Shown here in pieces: positions 45,020 to 54,963 of a DNA stretch of 64,000 bases (the stretch's first letter is position 1; each line of letters begins with the position of its first letter). The notes under the pieces are model-generated. The model worked only from the letters and a program-made list of their open reading frames with translations, was not told the DNA's origin and did no database searches. The stretch lies in assembly GCA_963782915.1 (NCBI GenBank), contig CAWALK010000020.1, positions 160,001 through 224,000 on the forward strand, written 5' to 3'. The DNA comes from an uncultured archaeon. Lineage in GTDB: Archaea > Thermoproteota > Bathyarchaeia > Bathyarchaeales > Bathycorpusculaceae. The position numbers and the translations under genes were made by a program.

Positions 45020-45055
45020 CCTTTAAATAAGGGAGGGGGAGGTCTCACAGAGCAG
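45020..45055 (-). repeat. Repeat tail fragment R5 directly after the cimA stop
   Basis: CTGCTCTG..ACCTCCCCCTCCCTTATTTAAAGG; 23/24 identical to the R1 tail. Confidence 0.65.
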
Positions 45056-46576
45056 TTATGCTTGGTGGTTTTTGCCGTTGTAATCGGTTTTGAGCACGTT
45101 CATGCCGCTTATGACTGCTTCGATGGATGCTTTGACGATGTCTTCTCGAACGCCCATAGCTGTGACTGTTCGCTCGCCTTTGCGTAGGTGAACAACGACT
45201 TCGACCATGGCGTCTGTTCCGCCTGTGATGGCTTTGACGTTGTATTGTTCAAGTGTTATTTGCTCTGTTTCTGCCAATGCGGCTTTGACGGCGTTGATGG
45301 CTGCGTCGACTGGGCCGACTCCTATGGCGCTGCCCCAGACATCTTTGCTGTGCAGTTTGAGTTTGGCGGAGGCGGTTGCGGTGACTTTGTTGCCTCCGAC
45401 GTAGGTGATTTCTTCGAGTTCGATGGGTTTGGCGCCGCTTAAGCCCATGACGGTTTCGGCGATTGCCAAAACATCTGCATCCATGACGCTTTTGCCTTTG
45501 TCACCCAGCTCTTTGATGCGTTGGAATATGTCACTGAACTGTGTCTCTGTGGGTGTTAAGCCCATGTTTGCGAGGTCGTTTTTGATTGCGTTTGAGCCGC
45601 TGTGTTTGCCGGGTGCGAGGCGCCGTTTGCAGCCCACTAGTTCGGGCGCGATGGGTTCGTAGGTTAAGGGGTTGGCTAGGACGCCTTGTGTGTGGATGCC
45701 TGATTCGTGTGTAAACGCGTTTTCGCCGACTATGGCTTTGTTTGGTTGGGTGTGGACGCCTGTTAATCTGGATACCAGTTGGCTGGTGTTGTAGAGCAAT
45801 TCGGTTTTGATTTTGAGGTCCAGTTTGTAGAGGCTGCGCAGTGAAATCACGATTTCTTCTAAGGCTGCGTTTCCTGCGCGTTCGCCTAAGCCGTTTATGG
45901 TGCCGTGTGCTTCTTGAGCGCCTGCTCCTAAAGCGGCGACGGTGTTGGCGACTGCCATTCCGAAGTCGTTGTGGCAGTGTACGCCGACCGGCACCTTGAT
46001 TTTGTCTGTTAAGCGAGTAAAGTAGTCGAAGCTGCGGTCAGGTGTTAGGATGCCCACTGTGTCGCAGGCGGTAACGCGGTCAACGCCGCAGTCTACAGCG
46101 GTTTGGAAGACTTGGACTAAGTAATCGAAGTCCGAGCGGGTTGCATCTTCCGCCAACAGGTCCACTTTTAAGCCGTGGGCTTTGGCGTATGTGATGCAGT
46201 CTTCGGTGGCTTTTAGCACCTGTTCTCGGGTTTTGCGGAGTTTGCACTCGATATGCAAATCGCTGGTGGGTATAATCATGCTCATTGTGGAGGCGCCGCT
46301 TTTGAGGACGGCGTCGATGTCTCCTCTTGTGCCTCTGCCTGCGCTGCTGACTTCGGCGCGTAAGCCTTGATGTGCGATTAAGCTGACGGCTTCCATTTCG
46401 CCGTCGGATACCGCTGCGAATCCGGCTTCGATAACGTCTACGCCTAGTTCGTCTAGCCTCTGGGCTATGCGCAGTTTATTTTCAGGTACAAGTGATACTC
46501 CGGGTGTTTGTTCACCATCTCGCAGGGTGGTGTCTAAAAATCTTATGGACTTAGGGAAGCGGTTGAATAAAGCAAT
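45056..46576 (-). CDS. cimA: Second LeuA-family synthase, probably (R)-citramalate synthase
   Basis: Frame open upstream of the listed ORF: [38 protein letters not shown]. Substrate is inferred and the start codon is unclear. Confidence 0.7.
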   Translation of the reverse strand: MALFNRFPKSIRFLDTTLRDGEQTPGVSLVPENKLRIAQRLDELGVDVIEAGFAAVSDGEMEAVSLIAHQGLRAEVSSAGRGTRGDIDAVLKSGASTMSMIIPTSDLHIECKLRKTREQVLKATEDCITYAKAHGLKVDLLAEDATRSDFDYLVQVFQTAVDCGVDRVTACDTVGILTPDRSFDYFTRLTDKIKVPVGVHCHNDFGMAVANTVAALGAGAQEAHGTINGLGERAGNAALEEIVISLRSLYKLDLKIKTELLYNTSQLVSRLTGVHTQPNKAIVGENAFTHESGIHTQGVLANPLTYEPIAPELVGCKRRLAPGKHSGSNAIKNDLANMGLTPTETQFSDIFQRIKELGDKGKSVMDADVLAIAETVMGLSGAKPIELEEITYVGGNKVTATASAKLKLHSKDVWGSAIGVGPVDAAINAVKAALAETEQITLEQYNVKAITGGTDAMVEVVVHLRKGERTVTAMGVREDIVKASIEAVISGMNVLKTDYNGKNHQA

Positions 46577-46789
46577 ACCCCATTTAAATCACGTATTATT
46601 GAAGGGCGCTCTGCGGGAATATAAGATTTATGGTATTAGGATTCACCGCTGCCTCAGATAGGCGATGGAAAAGTATGATAAATTCAATTATACGATTCAA
46701 ACTCAACAAGCTACCGGTATAGCCATGGGTTCAAAATAAGGAAAGGATGGATCGAATGGACAGATATCCAAGCGATCGAGGATTCCCTG

Positions 46790-46999
46790 CTATTGCGTGT
46801 CACTGATAACGTTTTCTTTCTTTTTGTGCGGCTTATAAATAACGCCGGCAATGAATAGCACGATCCCAATTATGGGTAATACGAGCACTATTTCTTGGCC
46901 TCTTGCAAAATAAAGGACCAAGCCTACAAGGATTAATATTCCTCCGATTCCGAGGAGTCGTCCTTTGTTTGTTTGATAATAATCTTTCATGTCCACCAA
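46790..46999 (-). CDS. Small 2-TM membrane protein
   Basis: Two hydrophobic segments; GGAGGTG RBS. Confidence 0.7.
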   Translation of the reverse strand: MVDMKDYYQTNKGRLLGIGGILILVGLVLYFARGQEIVLVLPIIGIVLFIAGVIYKPHKKKENVISDTQ

Positions 47000-47031
47000 T
47001 TTTCACACCTCCCTCTTGTTTTCCGACTTTG

Positions 47032-47775
47032 TTATTTCCATTTTGTTAGTATTTCCTCCCTTCGGAAAGTTTTGGTGCTGACATAGAACAGTGCCACATC
47101 AACCGCTAAGAGAACCCCTGAAATTATGAGCAGGCTGTTTACGTCAAGAGTTATTATGCCTGTCTCGCTGAGAAGGTATATGCCCAGGAGTGGAAAGAGA
47201 ATAAAAACTCCAAAACTGTTAGCGCTGCGCACATCATTAACTCGTGATGAAACAATGACACTGAACAGAACACTCAGCACAATGGCGACCGGCATCAGAA
47301 GTAGGAGTAAAGTGGCGATGTTCCAGTTTGGGAAATAATAGTAGCCAAGTGTATTGAAAGTAACCGCGTCAACGCCCACCATGAAGACTACTGCAGAAGC
47401 ATACATTGCTACTAAAGTCGGAATAACTGCGGATATGGCTTTTCCAAGCAATATTTCTCCATCAGTGAGAGGCGTGGCTAGAAGCGGTTCTAGGCTTTTC
47501 TCCACTTTCTCCCCCACTATACTGTAGGAGGCAATCCCTAAGGGAACGTATGCTGCTCCTATGACTAAAAAGAAGGAAAAGGAGTTAAGCAACGCCGGAA
47601 GCACACTGGGCGCTGAGAGTCCGGGGCTTCCCCTTATTGCTAAATACTCTAGTATCGCCGGAAACAGGACCGAGATGACAACGGGGAAGATGATGATTGA
47701 ATACCAGACGTTTTTTACTCGCCTAAATATTTTGAAGTCCCTAGCCGCTATAATCCACGCCTTTGAAAGTCTCAT
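47032..47775 (-). CDS. ABC-2 type transporter permease
   Basis: SIVGEKVEKSLEPLLATPL...ILLGK; about 6 TM segments. Confidence 0.9.
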   Translation of the reverse strand: MRLSKAWIIAARDFKIFRRVKNVWYSIIIFPVVISVLFPAILEYLAIRGSPGLSAPSVLPALLNSFSFFLVIGAAYVPLGIASYSIVGEKVEKSLEPLLATPLTDGEILLGKAISAVIPTLVAMYASAVVFMVGVDAVTFNTLGYYYFPNWNIATLLLLLMPVAIVLSVLFSVIVSSRVNDVRSANSFGVFILFPLLGIYLLSETGIITLDVNSLLIISGVLLAVDVALFYVSTKTFRREEILTKWK

Positions 47776-47778
47776 TAT

Positions 47779-48696
47779 TTATCTCCTCACAAGTTTTAGA
47801 TAGGTATCTTCCAAAGTTGTGCCCACCACATTGATTGATCGGATATGACCGCCCGCAAGTACTATAGCCTCTACAACAGGTGAATTTTCTTTGTCTGGGT
47901 TTTCCACGTCAAATGTTACTGTGTCACCGCTGGTAGACAGGTTTTTGAGCGCCAATTTCTTCAATACCCCCAAAACCGTATCGTTCACTTGCTGTTCCAA
48001 TCCGATAACTGTCTTCCTGCCGCTAACGGACCTTTCAAGGTCCTGCGGAGTACCAATTGCTCTAAGACTCGTATTCATTATTGCTACTCTGTCGCAGATT
48101 CTCTGTGCCTCGTCGAGGTTGTGGGTGTTTAGAAAAATTGTCTTCTTCTCTTTTTTTAGTTGAAGAATGAAATCTCGGACTGTTTTCGAAGCCTCAGGAT
48201 CTAGATTCGCGGTAGGTTCATCCATAAAAATGACTTGTGGTTCATGAATTAGGGCTCGGGCTATGGCAAGTTTCTGCTTCATGCCTTTAGAAAAAGTCCC
48301 TGCCAAAACGTTCCTCTTCTCCCAAAGCCCCAGCATCTCAAGAAAACGCTGAATGTTCTCTTTTCTTTGGGACTCCGGAACATCATACATTTTAGCAAAA
48401 AAATCTAGATTGTCATAGGCTGTCAGGTTTTCAGACAAACCAACGTTATCAGAGACAAACCCGACTATTTTACGGATTTTTAGCGAGTCCTCTTTATTGG
48501 CGATGTCGAAGCCGCCGATTTTCGCGTTTCCGCTGGTTTTGGAAATAAGGCAGCAGAGCATGCGAACCGTGGTGGTTTTGCCTGCCCCGTTTGGTCCTAA
48601 GAAACCGAAGATTTCCCCTTCATCCACGTGGAGGGTGAGGTTGTCTACGGCTGTTAGGTCACCGAATTTTTTAGTTAAGCCCTCTGTATCTATCAT
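47779..48696 (-). CDS. ABC transporter ATP-binding protein
   Basis: GPNGAGKTT, FSKGMKQK, MDEPT; likely start MIDTEGL. Confidence 0.93.
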   Translation of the reverse strand: MIDTEGLTKKFGDLTAVDNLTLHVDEGEIFGFLGPNGAGKTTTVRMLCCLISKTSGNAKIGGFDIANKEDSLKIRKIVGFVSDNVGLSENLTAYDNLDFFAKMYDVPESQRKENIQRFLEMLGLWEKRNVLAGTFSKGMKQKLAIARALIHEPQVIFMDEPTANLDPEASKTVRDFILQLKKEKKTIFLNTHNLDEAQRICDRVAIMNTSLRAIGTPQDLERSVSGRKTVIGLEQQVNDTVLGVLKKLALKNLSTSGDTVTFDVENPDKENSPVVEAIVLAGGHIRSINVVGTTLEDTYLKLVRR

Positions 48697-48805
48697 GCAA
48701 TTACCTTTCTGGGTTAACTTGAACCGGTTTCTGATAGTAATAGCGAAGGATTGATAAATAAACTGTGATTGGTACAATTTTTGTACTAGCAGAATAAACA
48801 AATGC

Positions 48806-49516
48806 ATGCAAAGCTTCAAAGGTACAGCTAAGGCGCAGATTATGGTTGAAGAGAAAGTTTCCGTTCAGCAAGTCAAGCAAGTTACAGCGCGAGCCCTGGA
48901 CCTTGAACGCTATATTCTGAGGCGCACCTGGGGACTCTGCTATGTGGTGCTTGCAGTAGAAATCGCACTTATCACCATTCTGCCATTGCTATTTGCAGCA
49001 ATTGGGCTTTCAGCTGACTACAGCTTCACAGCACGCTTAGCGGTAAACACAGCCATAAGCATTACCGGATTAGCCGTTATCTCATGGGTTTTCAAGAAAG
49101 TTTACAATGCCATGCAGGTGCGCAGAGAAATTACTGACTCAATATGGGGAAAACGGCGCAGGCCACGCTGGGCGGCAGCAATTTGGCTATTATACTACCT
49201 GCCAATCTTAGCCGCAATCGTTTTCTTCCGTCCCATCGGCTCTTTAGTTCTCTATGTACTGCTAGCAGCATCGGCGCCATCATTCTATTATGCACTCAGA
49301 ATCTCCTTTCCCGAGCGCATACCCCGCGAAGGCATAGCCGTATTAGCCACTTATACCGCCTGCGCAGTCACCAACCTATCTCTTTTCCTATTAAACGCCC
49401 ATTACGCTGCCTACCCACTCACCTGGGCAGCCATGGTCGTTGTCTCAGCAGTCGCCTCAGTAGTCGCTTACAGGCAGAAGCCGCCCCACCCGCCGGAGGC
49501 GACAGCAGAGTGGTAG
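48806..49516 (+). CDS. Multi-pass membrane protein
   Basis: About 6 hydrophobic segments. Confidence 0.7.
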   Translation: MQSFKGTAKAQIMVEEKVSVQQVKQVTARALDLERYILRRTWGLCYVVLAVEIALITILPLLFAAIGLSADYSFTARLAVNTAISITGLAVISWVFKKVYNAMQVRREITDSIWGKRRRPRWAAAIWLLYYLPILAAIVFFRPIGSLVLYVLLAASAPSFYYALRISFPERIPREGIAVLATYTACAVTNLSLFLLNAHYAAYPLTWAAMVVVSAVASVVAYRQKPPHPPEATAEW

Positions 49517-49836
49517 CCGGCAAAATCCCCAACGCAGACGCCATAAAAGCCCTAAACGAGCAGCTGAGTGACCCCAGTCTCAAATCCTCAACCCGCATAC
49601 TGATCCTCATTCTGCTCGCTATGAACAAGAAACTCAGCGCCTCTCAGCTGCGTTCGCTCGTCGGCTTAGGTAAAGGCAGCTTAGAAAACCACCTCTCTAA
49701 ACTCGAATCCGCTGGATTAATCCGTGTCCGCTCCGTCAGGTCATGGGGTGGCACTCACCAAGTCGTGGAGATAACTGAGAAGGGGCTGGAGGATTGCAGG
49801 TCGCTGCTCAAAAAAATCCATGACTTAGACGTTTGA
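49510..49836 (+). CDS. ArsR-like winged-helix transcriptional regulator
   Basis: TRILILILL...SQLRSLVGLGKGSLENHLSKLESAGLI...ITEKG; GTG start overlaps the upstream gene. Confidence 0.85.
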   Translation: MVAGKIPNADAIKALNEQLSDPSLKSSTRILILILLAMNKKLSASQLRSLVGLGKGSLENHLSKLESAGLIRVRSVRSWGGTHQVVEITEKGLEDCRSLLKKIHDLDV

Positions 49837-49928
49837 AAATGGTAGCGGTGGATTTAGGGAAGCGGTTGAATAAAGCAATACCCCGTTTAAATCATGTTCC
49901 CCTCTCAGCGTTAGGCATAAAATGGGCG

Positions 49929-50618
49929 TTAAGGAGACCCGCCTATTTCTTGCTGAAGATGATCAAAAAAGCATTTCATGAATCTTATTCGACGCTGGGC
50001 AATGAGCCTTGCTTTCTTGGTGTATAGGCTGCGTGGGATGTTTTTGATTTTGAGTTCAAACTCAATGTTTAGGGCATGTTTGGAAAAATCCTTTATGCGC
50101 CCATTCGGTTTACCCCCGAATAGATTGCCCGCAACGTATTCATCCAGAGGTGTCGAAGAGAAAAGTTGCTGATGGTACTCACCTGAAATCATGTAGCCCC
50201 GAGCGATTCCCAATGCGCCAAGAAGGTCTAGTTTGTCGGCATCGAAGAGTATTTTGGCTTCTTTTGAGGCAGGTTGGCAACTGGTTCGGTACCTGTGTGT
50301 TTGAATGCAATGCTTGATTTTGTCAATATCTTCTGGGGAATAGTTTAGGTTCATTAAAATGGCTTCAGCCATTTCGGCTCCGACCATTGCGTGGTCAGTT
50401 TTTCCAGTGTTATCTTGGTCTTCTTTCACTCTTGCAATATCATGTAGCAGTGTGGCAGTCGTTAAAATATCGAGGTCTACTGTTGGGTCGTCAGATGCGA
50501 TTAGTATTGCATTCTTGTATACGCGGGTTATGTGGTCAAGTGTGTGTCCTGTGTCTTTGGATAATTCGGTTTTAACGTGGTCGAGTATTTGGCTTTGTTT
50601 TCGGTTCAGATGGAGCAC
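49929..50618 (-). CDS. HD-domain phosphohydrolase
   Basis: H..DHITRV, LLHDI, DHA, HRY, DADKLD. Confidence 0.9.
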   Translation of the reverse strand: MLHLNRKQSQILDHVKTELSKDTGHTLDHITRVYKNAILIASDDPTVDLDILTTATLLHDIARVKEDQDNTGKTDHAMVGAEMAEAILMNLNYSPEDIDKIKHCIQTHRYRTSCQPASKEAKILFDADKLDLLGALGIARGYMISGEYHQQLFSSTPLDEYVAGNLFGGKPNGRIKDFSKHALNIEFELKIKNIPRSLYTKKARLIAQRRIRFMKCFFDHLQQEIGGSP

Positions 50619-50704
50619 CCGGTTTATCCCTTGTTAGAGCAATTAATAAAATTAAGTTATTGCATTTGGGATTAAGAAACAGGCGGGGTGTGCCTTGTTG
50701 CATG

Positions 50705-51023
50705 TTAAGCTGTTTTTGGCAGTTTCACCACAAGAAACCTAAACGCCCTCGCCGGTGTTGCGGAGCAGATGCGGGATGCCTTTGGGGCTCTCGATTAGGG
50801 TGTCTTTTGCTACTTCTTGGGGTTCTTCACCGATTTCTACAACGCCTTTGCCTTCGAGGATATAGAAGAACACATCAACCGGTGTTGTGTGCTTTTTTAG
50901 TGATTGCCCCTGTGTCAATGCCATATGGATAACTTCGGCGTCTGGGGTTGAATAGATTTTTCTTGCGTCAACCATGTGGGCGTTCTGGAATGGTTTGATT
51001 TGGTCCACTTTAGCGGTTTTCAT
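50705..51023 (-). CDS. Cupin domain protein (frameshift near the 3' end)
   Basis: HTTPVDVFFYILEGKG, PKGIPHLLRN. Confidence 0.85.
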
Positions 51024-51122
51024 AAGCACATATTGGCGGTGAGGTAGGTTTAGGGTTGCCACTAACAGCTTAGGGTTTTATTGGTTTTATAAAAATGGAA
51101 GAAACCCCAACTCAGGGGGTTC

Positions 51123-51242
51123 TTATTGGGTCCGTCTTCTTCGAATGTATTCTGCCGCCACAGTATTGTCCGGCAGGGGGTTAGTGGGTGCTGCTTTGAT
51201 TTCTTTAACTACTTTGATGGGTACTTTTTCTGATTTGTTCAT
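51123..51242 (-). CDS. Small basic protein (39 aa), not in the ORF track
   Basis: MNKSEKVPIKVVKEIKAAPTNPLPDNTVAAEYIRRRRTQ; AGGGATGA RBS, TTAAATA box upstream, hairpin downstream. Confidence 0.55.
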   Translation of the reverse strand: MNKSEKVPIKVVKEIKAAPTNPLPDNTVAAEYIRRRRTQ

Positions 51243-51380
51243 TCAAGTCATCCCTAAGTACAACTATAACGCGTTTGCTATTTAAGCTCTATTTTATCTC
51301 AATAAACAATAGTAGTGAAGTGCAAGGTACAGTCACCTGCAAAGACTGTTTATGGGAAGATAAGCCCTGGTTTACTGACT

Positions 51381-51598
51381 AGTTGAACTCGTCGTTGAAT
51401 CTATATATGGGGGAGGGGGGTAGCTGGCAGAGCAACAAAGCCCCAGTGTAAGCCGAATCTTTGGGTTTACGGCAAGCGCCTAGCAACCATAAACGCCGCC
51501 TGTCAACCGCACAAGCCCAGCCGTTCTAAACCAACAAATGCCCGCTTCTGCTTTGTTTTCGTCTGCATTCATTGAGCCTATAAATAGAGGGGGGCTAG
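51381..51598 (-). repeat. Dispersed intergenic repeat, copy R6
   Basis: Tail closely matches R3; head CCCCCCTCTATTTATA..TGCAGAC and internal GCGGTTG match R7. Confidence 0.75.
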
Positions 51599-51695
51599 AG
51601 AGGAAATCGCAAGCGATCGTTTTTTCGCATAAAACTTAACAGCAACACCAACCCAATAATTCTATAATACCCGCTTATTCAGAAGGTATTCGAAG

Positions 51696-53326
51696 TTGAG
51701 AAGCGACGAAATTAAAACTGGAATTGAAAAAGCGCCTCACCGCGCCTTGCTAAAGTCTTTAGGTTTACAGGACGATGACATGAATAAGCCGTTTATCGGC
51801 GTAGCAAACAGCTACACAAACATCGTCCCCGGACATATCCACCTCCGCAGCATCGGCGAAGCCGTAAAAGAAGGCATACTCGTTGCAGGCGGCATACCGT
51901 TTGAATTCAGCACTATTGCAGTCTGCGACGGAGTCGCCATGGGACACATCGGCATGCGTTACTCGTTGCCTTCGCGTGAGATCATCGCCGACAGCGTCGA
52001 AATCATGATGCAAGCCCACAGCCTCGACGGCTTAGTAATGATTTCAAACTGTGACAAAATCACCCCCGGCATGCTCATGGCAGCCGCACGCATAGACGTG
52101 CCCTCTATCATGGTTACAGGCGGCCCAATGCAGGCCGGACGCCACCACGGCAGAAAAGTCAGTTACTCCAGCATGCCTGAAGCCGTAGGTCAAGTCGCTG
52201 CCGGCAAATTATCCGAAGCTGAACTCCTCGAACTCGAAACCAACGCGTGCCCCGGATGCGGAAGCTGCAGCGGCATGTTCACCGCCAACACCATGGCATG
52301 CATGACTGAAGCCCTCGGCATGTCACTGCCCTACTGCGCAACCTCACTAGCCAACAGCGCATTCAAAATGCGACTCGCAAGAGCCACGGGCAAACAAATC
52401 ATCAAACTCGTCCAAGCCGACTTAAAGCCTTCCCGGATACTAACCAAAGAAGCCTTCGAAAACGCCATCGCCGTAGACATGGCTCTGGGCGGCTCAACCA
52501 ACACCACCCTTCACCTGCCAGCCATCGCCAAAGAAGCAGGCTTAGTGTTGCCATTGTCAACTTTTGATGTTATCGGCAGAAAAACCCCACACATATGCAG
52601 CATGATACCCAGCGGCGTCTACGCGATGGAGGATTTGGATGCAGCAGGCGGCGTCCCCGCAGTCATGAACGAACTCAAAAGCCTACTCCACTTGAACCTG
52701 CCTACTGTCAGCGGCAAAACAGTCGGCGAAAACATCCAAAACGCAGAAGTCCAAGACCGCAAACGTTATACACCCATTAAGCGACCCGGTGCATAAGGAA
52801 GGCGGCATAGCAATCTTGTTCGGCAACCTTGCACCCAAAGGCTCCGTTATCAAATCCGCCGGTGTCTCAGAAAAAATGATGAAACACACTGGGCCGGCAA
52901 AAATCTATGATTCAGAAAAAGAAGCCCTAACCGCTATCCGCGGCAAACAAATCGTTCCGGGCGACGTAGTGGTTATCCGCTATGAAGGTCCAAGAGGCGG
53001 ACCCGGAATGCCGGAGATGCTGTTTCCGACCGCAACCATCGCTGGCATGGGCTTAGCCGATTCAGTCGCGCTTATCACCGATGGACGCTTCTAGCGGTGC
53101 AACCAGGGGCGGCAGCATTGGGCACGTAGCACCCGAAGCCTTCGAAGGCGGACCCATCGCGGTGCTCCAGAACGGCGACGTCATAACCATCGACATACCC
53201 AACCGCATCCTAAAAGTCGAATTAAGCGACACTGAGCTGCAGATGCGGCTTGCTGCTTGGAAGCCTCGGCCGCCAAAAATCACCAAAGGCATCTTGTCGC
53301 GCTATAAGCCGACTTCGATTGAATAA
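51696..53326 (+). CDS. ilvD: Dihydroxy-acid dehydratase (frameshifts ~52780, ~53090)
   Basis: [56 protein letters not shown]. Confidence 0.95.
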
Positions 53327-53364
53327 AAATAGAAACAAAGACTGTGGAGGGGTTGCTGTTTGGT

Positions 53365-53658
53365 TTACCGGCAGCGTCCCATACCGATAGCCGTTGCCCA
53401 TCATGCCCGAGCCATACTGGGGCTGATTCTGGTTTTGTGTTTGTGCTCCGTAACCGTAGCAGCCGTATCCGTTTTGGTTGTAGCCCTGTTTGTGCCGTAT
53501 GGGGGTGCATTGCCGTTTGCGTATGAGGGTGCTTGGTTGTAGTTGGGGTTGATTGTTGCCCTGTTTTGGGTGTTGGCGAATTGTGCGGCGGTGACGCCGA
53601 CTAGTGCTGCAACCACGAGGGATGCCGCGACTATTGCGAGTATGATTTTTGTTTGCAT
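53365..53658 (-). CDS. Small secreted Gly/Met/Tyr-rich protein (frameshifted)
   Basis: Signal peptide MQTKIILAIVAASLVVAALVG; GYGCYGYG, YGSGMMG and GMGRCR* appear in successive frames. Confidence 0.6.
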
Positions 53659-53816
53659 TTATTTTACCTTCGATTACATATGGGCTGCGTTTGGTTTGGA
53701 TGTTGACTGAAACAGAAATGAAACGGTTTTTTGGATACAGTTTCTTCCATGGAAAATTGATCATTAATCGTGAAAATCCTTAAATCCGCGATTGATGAGT
53801 CTAAATTAGATATAGT

Positions 53817-54435
53817 ATGAAAAGAGTCAACCTCTTCCTAATACTACTGATCACCGCAATAACCGCACTAATCGCCGCAACAATCATCGGCTTCGCAATC
53901 TTCTCAACAAACCAACAAAACCCCTACAGTTGGATGAGCCAAATGTGGGGCGCCAGCAACACCGCAACAAACGGGAACGGATACGGCGGCATGGGCGGCA
54001 TGATGGGACAAACCCCAACACCAACCACAACCGCCAACTCAATGCTGCCCTACTACGGCGTCCTATTCGCAGTCATAATCGCCGTAACCATCGTCGGCGT
54101 AATCGGCGTGGCTTACTACCTTGTTTATCCCCAAATCCGAACAGGCACCACCCAACAACCAACCGCCCTAACCATGCAGCCCCACGTCAGTGACAGTCTC
54201 CGCTTATGAGTCAGTCTCCAAAACCCTAACCGAAGACGAACGCAAAATCATCACCGTACTGCAAGCCCACGAAGGCAAGTATCTACAGAAATACATCAAA
54301 AACGAAACAGGCCTAAGCAGACTCCAAACCCACCGAATCATCGCCAGATTATCCGAACGCGGCATCGTCTCGCTAGAAAAGACAGGTAACACCAATCAAG
54401 TGTACCTTGCAGACTGGCTAAATCATAAAGCTTAG
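53817..54435 (+). CDS. Membrane-anchored winged-helix regulator (2 TM, MGGMMG loop, C-terminal HTH; one frameshift)
   Basis: TM-GGMGGMMG-TM, then LTEDERKII...LQKYIKNETGLSRLQTHRIIARLSERGIV..EKTGNTN. Confidence 0.75.
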
Positions 54436-54446
54436 TTGCTCTCACT

Positions 54447-54650
54447 TAGACCCCCCTCCCTTATTTATACTCTAAACATTTGCAGACTCGCTACTGAGAG
54501 GACTGCCTATTCATTGGATGCCGCTTGATTCTATTAAGCGGTTGTTAGGTGGAGGCTTGTTTTGGGTGTGCGTTTGCCGCGGTCTAGTCAGCGATAAACT
54601 ATATTGAAAACTGTTGTTGCTTTGTACTGACCTCCCTATCCCCTATTAAT
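54447..54650 (+). repeat. Dispersed intergenic repeat, copy R7
   Basis: CCCCCCTCCCTTATTTATA head and TGTTGCTTTG..CCTCCCTATCCCCTAT tail; colinear with R6. Confidence 0.65.
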
Positions 54651-54963
54651 AGCACTTTTTTTGGGGGTTCCAATTGCAAAGTTGTTCTGTTTTGTCAGTC
54701 AAGAAACCTTTACGGGAACCCCTTTATCAAAAGTAACCCAGTGGAATGCATAAATGGCAATGTTTAGTAAAAAAGCCAAGGAATAATTATTCTAATCACG
54801 GTATTGGCGTGGGGGATTATGGCCGCTTCTGCTGACAGCCAGTTGTGGTTGTGCCGCCACTACTCCAAACGCTTTTAGAGCCAAAACGGTTAGAATTTTG
54901 TAAGTGACTTGACCGCAATTCATGCAAGTTACCATTTTTTAGAACAACAATAAAGGGACCAAA

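Larger units (their letters stand above)
46546..49897. mobile_element. Putative integrated island bounded by 49-bp direct repeats (46546-46594 and 49849-49897)
   Basis: Repeats are 46/49 identical and duplicate the cimA 5' end; no integrase inside. Confidence 0.6.

Noticed and set aside
54664-54722. GGGGTTCC/GGAACCCC inverted repeat
   Set aside because: Single 8-bp occurrence with no second copy or target duplication.
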